Assembly (NCBI GenBank): GCA_012295275.1
Contig: CM022665.1
Location: forward strand, 12,896,001 to 12,960,000
Length of the DNA stretch: 64,000 nt
Origin: Chrysomallon squamiferum
Taxonomy: Eukaryota > Animalia > Mollusca
Direction: 5' to 3'
Numbering within the stretch: position 1 is the first letter of the stretch; the number at the start of each line of letters is the position of its first letter. The notes beneath the pieces are model-generated. The model ran no database searches, had not been told where the DNA came from, and saw nothing but the letters and a program-made list of their open reading frames with translations. Positions 51,440 through 63,700 of this stretch are shown here, piece after piece. A program made the translations under genes and the position numbers.

Positions 51440-53285
51440 ACAAAAAACAACAACAAACAACCCCCCCAAAAAACCAAAACAACAAAAAACAACAGCAAAA
51501 CAACCAAGTTTGATCCTGCCGGTCATGTTCTCTGAAAACAAAAATCTCACTATAATTACGTTGCAGTCAATCGGCTGTAACAGCTGTGTATATGTTCATA
51601 TACACGTATATCTGTATGTCATTATGTATGTCTGTATTTGTGCGTGCGTGCATGAATTTATGCATGTATGCATAACGTATGTACGTGTATATGTAAATAT
51701 GTATACGTGTATGTGTGTGTGTGTGTGGTACGTGCGTGCGTATATATGTATCTATTTTTGTGTGCGCATGTGTATATGTGTGTGTTAATGTATCTGTATA
51801 TGCATGTTAATGCATACGTATTTGTAAATCTTATTAAAATCCTTTGCTTTAATTTTTGATATCATAATGCAAAATAAATAAATAAATATATAAACAAACA
51901 AACAAACAAACAAAAAAAATAAAAAATAAATAAATAAATATTTGTTTAACGAGCTCCCAACCTATTTTAATATTAAGTTATAAACATATTACAGTGAAGG
52001 CTTACTCCCATTTGGTCGTAGTCTTAGCATGTTGTTACCTCAGTCATTATAATGAACATTTTCAGATTAGTTTGCAAGCAATTATTATTGCCTTTAAATA
52101 ATTAAACAAGAATGTATCTATCTAAAAATGTTTATTATTAAATAACGTAAGATAAGATACTGCTTTACTGTCCATAAGAAAATTATTTTTGCATCATAGA
52201 TTCAGCACTCACACCAAAAATACAACGAAAAAAACAACAAAAAAAACGATGCTTGACAATGTGAAGAACGAAGAGAACTAATACTGAATAAAACAGACAT
52301 TAATAAGAAAATATTATAAAAAAAATATACTGTGCATCAAACGTTAACAGTTACATAAAAAGGAAACACTAATTGGAATACACGATGACAGTGACTCATA
52401 TTATGGATATAAAAAGTTGTCTGAGTTTTTCTAAAGCAAAACATTTTTCAGCAGTTTAAAACATTCATTAATTCAAATCACAGCTGCTTCAGAAAGTGAA
52501 CACTGATGTCCACTTCATTAATTACACAGGTAATAAAGTAATGTTAACGTAAGTTTATTTCAAACAACTGGCATTTCGACCAGTTGGGAATTCGACCACA
52601 TGGGACGAGACGAATGTGAAAGTAGCCATTTTGTGTGTGTCAAAATAACAGTCACTACAATACCAACGACAGCAACAAAAACAACGCAGACAACAACGAT
52701 AGTAATGTTAACAGCAGTAGCAGTAGTTGTAGCTATAATAATCATAAAAGGAAGAAGTAAAAAGAAAAAGAACATTTGACGCCAATAAAAATAATGACAA
52801 TAACGATTAAAAAACAAAATAAAACCACAACAACAACAAACCCCCCTAAACCAACAACAAACAAACAAGAAAATGTAATGTTTAAAATATTTTATTGACC
52901 TACATAGCAGTTGTATTGTAGGTTGTGAAATTATCAAACTTGTGCAAAGCACCAGTTTTCACGTACACAACTCACAGTAAGAAAAAAGTAAGAACAAATG
53001 CAACCTCTGAGAAAAAAAACGAAAAAACAAAAACGAAAAAAAAAAACCCAAAATATAAGAAAAAAAACGAACCCCCAACCAAAAAGAAAAAAAAATACCA
53101 AAAAAAACAAAAAAAAAAAAACTTTTGAAAAGAACAAAAACAAAAGAACAAAACAAAAACAGAACATCATCAGACATTTAGAATGAAAAATTAAAAAAAT
53201 AGAATTTATAAATTAAGAAAAAGCCAAACAACCATAACCACCAGCCCTCTGCATATTGTAATGAAAAAAAAAAAAAAAAAAAAAA

Positions 53286-53323
<38 letters not shown>

Positions 53324-53466
53324 CAACAATAAAAATCAGAAATAAAAATTAAAAAATAATAATAATTAGGTTCATTTCTAAAGAGTATTTGTAAAAAATT
53401 ACAGTCACATTATATGAACTCCGTGAAAGCAGCAAACTATAATGAAGTTCGTGTTCTTCATTTTTT

Positions 53467-53953
53467 TTATTTCACAAAGTTAGCGACAGCGCTCGCAAAC
53501 ATACACATGACGACAGAAGCCGTGAGCACAGTGAAACCAGATTTAGTCTGAAACAAAAAGAACTGCATATTAAATCCAGAGTTAATTGTTAATTATACTT
53601 TTTGGGGACGATTCTAGTCTGCATACTTCCAAGTTATGTTTTATTTCTTTTTTTTTTTTTAATTAATTACCAAGCATAACATCTTAATTGTACTCTTTTT
53701 TGACTAATTATGTTTTACCAGTCTGTTTCAGTCTTAATTAATACCGAAGTATAACAACTATTAATTTTTAATTAAACTTCTTTATTTTTTTCTTCTTTTT
53801 TTTTTTTTTTTTGTGAAAATTTTCTGAATACTTATATAAGCTATATTTTTTTTTTTTTTTTTTTTTTATCAACTATCTCAATCTTAATTAATAACGAAGT
53901 ATAACAATAGCATCTGGGTGCTGCTACAATTATTTATTTATTTATTATTATTA

Positions 53954-54005
<52 letters not shown>

Positions 54006-54462
54006 GGCGACGTTCAAATGTTTTATAACAGTTTTATTTTGCTGTCATACTTAATCATGTACAATGGCATGCCACCGAAAACAATAAAAAAAACAACAAC
54101 TTATGAACATGAAACACTTTTATTAAACCATTTACTCCTAAAGTCTGAGATACCCTTTAACATAGGTTTATTTTATCTTCTTTGTCATCGTCATTTAATT
54201 AATTAGTTTTTTTTTTTTTTTTTTTTGTTTCTTTGTTTATTACATACTAAGTGTGTAAAAGGAAAATGCTCACCGATGAATCTGTCGCTGCGGTTGTATC
54301 GCTGGCTGCTTCCGTACTGTTGTCTGTTTGCGTAGCTGTGACTTTGAAAAAATCAAAGACAAATTAAAGAATATATAGTTAAAAACCCAAAAGAACAACA
54401 AAAACAGAAAAAATAGCAAAAAAGCAAACAAACAAAACACAACAGCAACAAAAGAAAGAAAG

Positions 54463-54493
<31 letters not shown>

Positions 54494-55170
54494 GTTGATG
54501 TGTGAGTTTAAGAGAAAAATAATATTTAACAATTTTTAATTTACGATCTTGCAGTCCGTCATATGCTCAAGGACTAAGGGATCTTTTTTATACACCTTCC
54601 TTTAAACGAGATAATAAATACGATGGCATACTTACTGGGAAAATAACGCAGATATGTTGTTGTTGTTTTTTGGATAAGAATATGCGCTTCATGATAATAG
54701 TAATAAAAATAATAATATATTTACCCGTTTAGGAGATTTTTACCCGTTTGTAAGTCGTAAGTATATGAAAGTACGAAGAAAGTAAGTAAGCAACTACTAT
54801 TCATAACAAGTAAATGAATAACTAATCAACTTAGGAAATATTTCCATATATTGATTTATTTCTTAGTTAAGTCATATCACCCATGTTATTACAACAACAA
54901 CAACAACCTCTACTGCTACTACTACTACTAATAATAATGATAAGTAAATAATTAAATAAGTTAGTAAATAAGTTAAGTTAAATTAAATTAAACAGAATTA
55001 AAAAAGGTAATAATAATAAATAAATAAATAAATTTAAAAAATTAAAAAATTAAATAAAATAAAATAAATTAATAAGGGAAAAAATCCTTTCGTGCGTTAT
55101 AAAAATGTGTCTGCTTACCTACAACAAACATCAAAGAGAGCAACAACACAGAAAAGTATACAAACTTCAT
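53467..55170 (-). CDS. Tiny predicted GPI-anchored glycopeptide precursor, cluster gene 3 (66 aa)
   Basis: Exons 55119-55170, 54274-54341 and 53467-53547 give MKFVYFSVLLLSLMFVV-VTATQTDNSTEAASDTTAATDSS-TKSGFTVLTASVVMCMFASAVANFVK*. Intron phases (1 then 0) match genes 1-2. Non-coding exon 1 ends at 55541. Confidence 0.8.
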
Positions 55171-55608
55171 TTCTTACACGGTATATCTGAAAAAAAATAA
55201 CGAAACTTATCTTTAAATATTCATTTTGTTATACAACAGCATTTATAAAGCGTGAAAACATTATAATTTCTTCTAATAGTACATTTAAAAAAAAAATAAA
55301 ACTCCTGTAATATAATAGTAAATAAATTATTGAAGAATGCTTTAAAATATGAATAAATTATTATGTTACTTAAAAAGGTTTAAAACGTGAATAAATATTT
55401 GCTAAAATAAATAAATGAAAAAAAAAAAATTAGTGCAAAAATTCTTGAAAATAAGAATAAGAATAAATTACTATCAAGACCTATATAAAATATAGCATTT
55501 CCTTACAGTAATATTAGAATAAATAATTTAATCTGTGTACCTGAAAATGTTCAACGTTCTTGTTCAGAAAGATGTTACGTATGTGCTGCAGACCCAAGTC
55601 ATGTCGGA

Positions 55609-55614
55609 TTTATA
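55609..55614 (-). promoter_or_regulatory. TATA box of cluster gene 3
   Basis: Minus-strand TATAAA about 70 nt upstream of the exon-1 donor at 55541. Confidence 0.55.
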
Positions 55615-57116
55615 AATGTGTTAATAATCTTTGAATTGGTCGTCACTACAACAAACATACCTTTCTGAGTTACATCTTCCTTAGAAACGACAAATCTTCA
55701 AATTAATCATAGAAATATGAACTGGCGAATTGTGTCTTGTAAACAGAAATACACATTGGCTTACCTAATCATTGTGTACAATACACTTATGTTGAGACGT
55801 ATACAAGATGGGCGGTTTCTGGTCTACCGATGCAAAGAATTAATTCAGTTTTTTAATGTTTTCTGCACCACAGTGATCGTACATCACATATTTCTGAAAC
55901 TTTAGATGCGTCATTTCTTATTTAGTATACGGGAACATTCAATTTGTTCAAAAAAAAAAAAAAAAAAGGACCTGACTGGCACCAACGTACTTTAATACAA
56001 CGCGTGATACGTTCGTAGATAAACAGTATAAAATTACCTACTTGAGAGAAAAAGAACTAATGCGTTTTTCTCAGGGTTCACGTTCTGAATTTTAACTGTA
56101 TGGGAAAAAATGTATTTCTGTTATGTCTAGCACGTACAGCTAGCCATAACAGAAATGAATGTAGATTTTAGATTACTGCGAAATTTTCTGTCAACCCCCC
56201 CCCCGACCCCACAACAAACAGCAAAAACAAGCCACTAATGCAATAAATAAACTGATACGCTGATTATTTCGTTAGGTTTTCGTGGGTTAACATTATCATC
56301 AGAATTTAAATGCATCTTTCTTATTATAACAGAATAATCATCGGTTTTCCTTTTAGGTCTTTGACTGGAACGGGGAAAAAGGCCTAATGAGCTTAGGAGG
56401 AGGAACGATTTTGCAGCTTTTCACATCCTATACGGTGAATGTTCTTACTATTATAATATGCCTTAAAAAAAAAAAAAAAAGAATAAAAAGAAAACGAAAA
56501 AAAAACAGAGCAAAATTTGAAATCTCGTTTTGGAATTCGTACAGACAGAATAATTATATTTGCTTTATTTTAATTATGCAACCACCCTTTGCTGAAACAT
56601 TACAGTTCTGCCATTTTTCTTTTTACTGTTGTAGTCTCACAGATTACCAACAGAAATTTCTCGAGGTGTTAACAGAATGTTTTTTAAATATATATTTTTC
56701 GACGAAATGTGCTTTAAATTAAGAGTATGCTTCAATATTTAAACTGTGCTGCTTCTTTGTTTTAAGCTGTCTTTGAAAAAAGAAAAAAAAAGAAGAAATG
56801 GAAGATGAAAACACGTTTTATATATACATAAATACATATTTATTACACAAACACACACATACATAGGCTATACGTACACAAAATACGTTTATTAAAATAT
56901 AAACATTCGTTGACTTTATTCATCTATTTTACGGAGCTTACTGACAAATCATTAATTTACTCTATCATTATAAACCTTGCTCCTGCTATATAAATCATTT
57001 TGTAGAATTATCAAAATTCTGAAGTGTATAAAACGTTCTAAATCTGTCCATTTTTATATATATATATATATATATTTTATTTTTTTCTCTTGGAAAATCT
57101 ATGTCACATCAGCACT

Positions 57117-58361
57117 TTACAAGATGATTTTGAAAATTCCCGCGTAGATCAACAGAACCAGAAGATAATACGAGTGTACAGGACTGTTCCCGCCATTAGA
57201 TTTGGTTGTCGTAGCAACGTAGCCACAAGCGGCCCATGTATCATCGATAGCAGAATTATTGTTTTCACTATAAATAGAAATTACAACTGTAGCAGTAAAG
57301 ATATACTGTTAATATACATGCACTAAAAATCAAACATTGTTATAAATTCAATTTGAAACATAACTGGAAATAATAATAATAATTATTATTATTATGTTAC
57401 AAAATATCTGAAGGTCGACATTTTACCCCCTTCACAAATGACGTTGTGGTGTCGTCTGGTACAAGGCGGAGTGACAACTGCATTATTTCTAACATTACTA
57501 GAATACGCTTCAGAGAACATCGATAGATGCGATGAAGTCATAATTAAGGAAAAATGGCGGCGCTCAGACATTTTAATCTATACTCTTTCGTTTTTTACAC
57601 TCAGTATTAATCAATACTGCATACTTAATATTAAATAAAATAAAACTTAACTTGAAAAGATACTGAATACATTTCGACTATTTCTAACGTACACTTTAAG
57701 GTGTGTGCATTTGATACTGAGGTACAACAAATTTTCTTTATATGAAGACTTAAGTTACTCTGCTCCTAATAATTAAAACTGTTATATACTTACTTGCATA
57801 TTTTCGTTTTGGCTTCACAATCATTGGCAGCGATGACACCATCTGTGAAACAGAATCGGTTTGTGTCTCCGCTGACTATACAAGTAGCTGGGTCGAATGT
57901 ATTGCAGTCAACTGTCAAACTCTGACATGTTCCTGATTTAATTTTAAAATATTAGGTTTTTTTCTACCGATTAAAAAGCACTATTATATGATATCACAGC
58001 TATTTAATTGTAGTGCATAGTAATGGAAAGACAGCAGGATGCTCCTAGTTTAATATAGAAATAATTAGTTAATTTCAGAGCAGACTGAAATTTGTTTAAC
58101 TTCTTACAAAATAAAGAAAGAAAAGTGAGAGATGAAACTGAAAGACAACTTTGACACTGAGAAAAATAAAAATAAAATAAATCAAACCGAAAATAGTTCA
58201 TTGAGAGAAAGAGAAAAAAAAAAAAACTTACTGAAAGACAAATTGATACTGAGAAAAAAAAGAAAAAAAGAAAAAAAAAGGAAACATTAAAAACTGTCTT
58301 TGTCTTTGTTTTTTTACATACCTGACAAAATCAGGAGGAAAAACAGAACTGCAATATTCAT
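57117..58361 (-). CDS. Small Cys-containing predicted GPI-anchored peptide precursor, cluster gene 4 (79 aa)
   Basis: Exons 58322-58361, 57794-57842 and 57117-57267 (phases 1 and 2) give MNIAVLFFLLILS-DGVIAANDCEAKTKIC-NENNNSAIDDTWAACGYVATTTKSNGGNSPVHSYYLLVLLIYAGIFKIIL*. Candidate 5'UTR exons: 59086-59111 and one ending at 59409. Confidence 0.75.
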
Positions 58362-59537
58362 GTTTCTTCTAGTCTGCGTTATACTTCATAAATGTTAACA
58401 TTTATATAATCGTTACTTTTATAACAACAGTGTCATTAAACACGGACTTTTTCAGTACTAAAACAAAGGAAGGCTCTTGAAGCCAAAACCATGTTTTTAT
58501 TTCAAGTCAATGTCCACAGTTTTATCTAAAATGCAAATCTTCATTGCTTTTCAAGCACCAGGCTTTCGTTTCTAAGTAGTTTTTTTTTTTTTTACAATAT
58601 CAGCATACATTTCAGTGTGTGAATTAAAAATTAAGAGATTATTGTTATCGTCGAATCTTTGTAAGTATCATATTTTAGATAAAATCATTTTAGTGATCTC
58701 TCTCTCTCTGGTTATAGGATATTGTTTGTGTATGTGGGTATGGGTATATGTATCTGTATTTGTAAAAGAGACAAGGACAAAAATAAGGAAGTTTATATAA
58801 AAATCATTTTGCCATGCATACACATGTACGTATGCACATAATGAGAATTAATGAATGAATATAATATTTATTTAATAATACATTAACACATTTTGTTTAT
58901 TAATAATACACAGACGCATATACATGCACTCACACACATATACACACATATACTCCCATGTTTGAATTTGCAAAAATGATTTATCAGACAACAGGAAAGA
59001 ACGATCTCACCACAGACAGGAAAACATATACCGCAATATTTAATAAGTATCTTGTTATGTATGTTTGTACACTGTATTCACCTACCTCTGCATGTTTCTC
59101 AGCACATTAACCTGAACACAATATCCTTTAACTAAATTAATTTTGCTTTATTTATGCACTTGGTGCATTATTTGCACATATTAATGCATTAGATATTTCG
59201 ATAATTATAATTCGCCACAACATATGCAGCTGCACAGGGTATGATTATATATTATTATTTCACTTGTTGTCTGACTGTTCCTTTAGATATGTACTCACAG
59301 CTAATATAATTAACTCAGGTGTTACGAGACCGCTGCTGTGTATGTTCATAATTAGATACATATTTTTGTGTGCAGGGTAAAGCATTAAGTCCCAAGGTAC
59401 AGCCATACCTGTAATATATGCCAGGTACAAGAGAAACCGCACCCAGTACTGAGTGAGTGAGTGAAAAAATTAACGTGCTAATCAGAACAAGCTGATGCGA
59501 AGCACGTATGCGACGGCACCCATTGTCACCGTATCTC

Positions 59538-59544
59538 TTTTATA
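59538..59544 (-). promoter_or_regulatory. Candidate TATA box for cluster gene 4
   Basis: Minus-strand TATAAAA upstream of the CAG|gtatgg donor at 59409. A second TATATAAA lies at 58401-58408. Confidence 0.45.
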
Positions 59545-59654
59545 CCAACCCGATGTAAACAGTAGGGTGATAAGAATTATACTGGGCTACCGATTCATTC
59601 AAATTGTATATGTGTATGTATATTTGTGTATGTTTGTATCAATGTATGTATATA

Positions 59655-59795
59655 CAGTGGTACCTAGAGTTACGAGTGCTCCAAGTTACAAGTTTTCCGA
59701 ATTACGAGCAGCCGCCCGGTCGATTTTTTACTTTGAGCTGCGAGCCAAAATCCGTGTTACGAGCTAGATATCGATGCGCCGCCAGTTGGCGCAGC
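59655..59795 (+). mobile_element. Left end of a Tigger/pogo element
   Basis: TA followed by CAGTGGTACCTAGAGTTACGAG, an imperfect inverted match to CTCGTAAGTCAAGGCACCACTG-TA ending at 63148. Homologous to the end of the 5548-6199 copy. Confidence 0.85.
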
Positions 59796-59819
59796 CATCC
59801 ACATCCACATCCACATCTA

Positions 59820-60792
59820 CATGGCGTAATTTCAAATTCAGAAGGTTCACGTGTTCTTAGTACAAAAATTTAACGAACATGGCAAAGGTATATAGATGAC
59901 AATGCTAAAGATGCAGCATTTTATAATAAAGTTAATTTAGAAGAATGCGTAGACGAAGGCTTTCATTATTTGCATTATCAGTATATTGCTGCATCTGTTA
60001 CGCCAATACAGTGGCAAGAAGCTGTCATTAATGCACAAACTTTTCGACCTGTTGAAATGGGGTTTGAAAAATTTGATTGTACTATGACAAAAGAAGATAT
60101 TCAAACTCATCAGGGTATTCCTTTTTCACGCGCAGAATTCGTTCGACAACCGAAAATATTATACACCATTGATAATAATCATGAATGGACTCATCATCTA
60201 ATACGTAAAAAGGCTAATGGTGATGATAAAAGTCGATTTACCGTTAGTAATAATTTCAAAAATCAATGGGCTGTTTCAAAAGTAAATGCAACATTGCCTC
60301 GATGTGAGTTTTATTACCTCCATATTTCAGTAATGTTAATTGTGGTCAAGAACAAGTTCAGTATGACACACAAATAAATGTCAAGAACATTGGTATATGT
60401 TGTCTCATTTTAGTTCAGGTTTGAATACATTCGTTCAATCTACCGTCAGAGATATACAAACTTTATATGATGGTAAACCATTTGGTGGTACTGAAGCATT
60501 ATTAGAATCTGATACAAATATTGAAATGTTAACTGCGACTGCATTTTTGTTGAGACTTTGTCCTATTTTTGGCACGGACGAACCTATTTCCCAATCCACC
60601 TGCTTATTTGTCATATGTTTTTCAACTTTTGAATTCATTAAGAGATCACCTTCATATTTGTCTCTTGATTTCAGAAGTTTGCCAAAAGGTCCATCGAAAC
60701 CAGCACAAGTGATAAGACGGCCTAAGTTTTCACATCATAAGAAAACAAAGAAAATTAGATATGAAACTCGTACAATATACAGACAACCTTAA
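59820..60792 (+). pseudogene. Endogenous parvoviral element: decayed capsid (VP) gene
   Basis: Reading through a TAA at 59871-59873 gives SEGSRVLSTKI*RTW...EGFHYLHYQYIAASVTPIQWQEAVINAQTFRPVEMGFEKFDCTMTKEDIQTHQG...ILYTIDNNHE. This is colinear with the parvovirus jelly-roll core (AAV: GDRVITTSTRTW...[51 protein letters not shown]...VQVFTDSEYQ). After frameshift(s) near 60315-60395, LLESDTNIEMLTAT and AFLLRLCPIFG...CLFVICFSTFEF resemble later VP strands. Intronless. Confidence 0.7.
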
Positions 60793-62434
60793 AAAAAAAA
60801 AAAACTGCTCATTAACCGAGGTTAATTATCGCTTCCCACGAAGCACGCCGATCTTTGTCTGTCGTCATTTCTGCGGGCATCTGTTTTTTGAGGGAAAACT
60901 AGCATTGGCAAGTATGTATTTTTTAAGGATTTTTATATGTACGCCTATATGTGTGTATGTGTATATGTATGTATGTATTGATATGTGTGGATAGCAGTCA
61001 CCCGGTCGATGTATACATATGTATGTATGTATATATTTATGTGTGTGTATACACACACACTCACACACACATAAACACACACTAGAAGATTTTATGGATG
61101 TCTGACAATAGTTCATAACAAAATTATACCTTGAAACGTGACACTGACAGGTAAGATGAAGATAATAAAGTATTAGGAATCTGAAATGCTCGTCTCAGTT
61201 ATTCTGTTTAGTTTCTGTGTTTTGTCATCAGCAGCTTTTATTTATTTAATTGTTCTTCAGTCAGTGTTATCTGTTTTCTTTCTCAGTAATCAAATGAAGA
61301 AAGTCAGTAATGAATTCTTAGCCTGCTAATCAATGCAGACCACATATGATTATATATTTTATTTTAAATAAAAGCTGAAAAGAATGCTGTGTTTAAATAA
61401 TACCATGCTTCGTTCTGTTTCTTTAGTTATTTCTATTTCTATTCATTCTTTCTTTTTGTTCTTTCTTTACGTTGTTTCTGTATTTTCTTCCTTTCCTTTC
61501 TTCTTTCTTTTCTTTCTATCCTTCTTTCTTTTCTATCTTTCTATCATTCTTTCTTTTCTTTCTTGATTTTCTATCTTTTATTTCCTTTCTTTCTATTTTC
61601 CTTCCTTCTTCTTTTTTTTTTCGTATTTTGACTTCTTTATTATTTATTTATGATATTTTTTTAATCAGTTCATACAATCTGCTCTCACTGATTGTTTATT
61701 TAAGCTTTTGTAATCAAATTTCCTTGCTATCGACCTTCATCGCTCTGATTTTTTGTATTATTCTCATTTCTCTAACACCCTCGATTGAATATTGATCAAA
61801 GAGAAGTTTATCAAATTTTTGATGAAAACATCTTTCTGAAATCTTCAGCAAAATCATCGACCTTTGGTAAAAATCTTAGGTGAGTCAATCAATCAAAATA
61901 GATTCCCCGTATAGATATACTTATTATCAATTATTGTGCTTAATTTCAACACATTTTATGGTTGAGAGCGATGATTCTGTGATTGCAAAACATTGCATGC
62001 GCAATTTTTACGCAAAGCCCGAGATTCAGAGGATCCATAATGACAAAGCAGTCCAGGTCACGCGACATCAACGGCGCTTTCTGATTGGCTCAGACCGGTG
62101 TTGACAAACATTGGAGAACGGTAAATTTCAGCTAATTCAGTTCGATTAAATAACTAAAATTCATGAGTATTAGCAACTTGCTTAAAAATACAGTACAGGT
62201 TTAGAACTCTTCATTTTGATATATAATACATGTATAGTGGATTGAACCTATATGAGATATTCATTATTTATGATGCAAAATGACAGAAACGGATCACACT
62301 TTCTCAGCAGATTATCATTATGAAGGAAAAATATCCGCAACTTTTATTCCGATACATATTCGTAATTTTTTTCGCATCAGTATTATCAAAGACATCTTCA
62401 TATCATTCTAATATTAATGTTTTGCTCTTTCTAA

Positions 62435-63148
62435 TGATTTTTTGCTTTGAGCTGCGAGCCAAAATCCGAGTTACGAGCTAGATTCAGATACGCCGCCGCT
62501 AGTTGGCGCGGCGAACACAACATCCAGCTAGCATCTTACGTCTCACTTGTTTGCTTCACGTGGTTACCTCGCCGTGGAAGCATCTCTGTTGTGTTGTGCT
62601 CGCGTTTTATGCGTTATTTTGCCAAATTTCCATGCATCCTTAGAAAGTGAGTGCAAAGGACAGTACTGAGAAGAAGAAGCGGATGACGTCCATTGCATTA
62701 AAGTATGAAATCATAGAAAAACATGAGAGGTGTGCGTGTAGTCAAAGTGGCTAGGCAGTACGAGTGTAGTACTTTTATGATATGAACCGTACTGAAGCAG
62801 AAGGAGTCGACAAAGGCTGTATGTCCAGCCAAAGGCCTTAAAATAATTTCTGAGCTGAGGACATCTGTCCATGAAGAGATGGAGAAACCCTAACCCTGTA
62901 CACTTTACAATAGCAATTTATTTCTTTACATTCTCTTTTATTTTGTTTTTATGCAATATTTGTTATTTATACATACATTTTTCTTATTTAAAAACACTTT
63001 AAAAATAACTGGGGTGGCTTTGGGGGAAGGAACGGATTAATGGTATTTCAATTAATTTCATTTGGGAACACTGATTTGATATACGAGTTTATTTGAGTTA
63101 CGAGCTCTGTCACAGAACAAATTAAACTCGTAAGTCAAGGCACCACTG
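62435..63148 (+). mobile_element. Tigger/pogo non-autonomous element body and right end (lacks its own left TIR)
   Basis: Transposase N-terminal remnants KKKRMTSIALKYEIIEKHER and TVLKQKESTKAVCPAKGLKIISELRTSVHEEMEK. The right TIR ends CACCACTG followed by TA. Homologous to 5548-6199. Confidence 0.88.
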
Positions 63149-63268
63149 TATATATATGTATGTATACGTGTGTGTGTGTGTGTGTGTGTGAAGGTATGTA
63201 TGCATGTATACATGTATTAATGTTTTTTTGAAAGTGTGTTTGTGTCTATATATATATGTGTGTGTATG

Positions 63269-63304
<36 letters not shown>

Positions 63305-63700
63305 TGTACGTTTGTATGTATGTATGTATATGTGTGTGTGTGTCTGTGTGCATATATATATGCATGTATGTATGTGTGCACAAAGTATGTAAGTACGTAT
63401 GTATGCTTGACAAAGTAATTTTCGTATTCCACTTCTCTACACACACTGAAAGAACAAAAACATAAATATTTATATATTTCTTTATTATCACTTATATTTA
63501 CTAAGGAATACTGCAAGGTGGTTTCATCATGGGTTATACCAATCATTTATAACTTGCTCCGGATAAATAAACAACTTTTAAGACATTGTTTGAAAATTAC
63601 ATAAACTATTCGAGGTCCTTGAAATGTTCCTGGTGGCTTCTAACTTCAAACTCACTCGTCAATAACAATTCTAGTTACATTTTACACGAAGACAGATGTT

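Noticed and set aside
57427-57570. GC-richer stretch in gene 4 intron as an extra exon
   Set aside because: The acceptors tried give stops or the wrong phase; the flanking exons already join in frame (phase 2 to 2).
60435-60638. Minus-strand ORF as an ambisense parvoviral NS fragment
   Set aside because: No Walker or HUH motifs; the plus-strand frame fits VP better.
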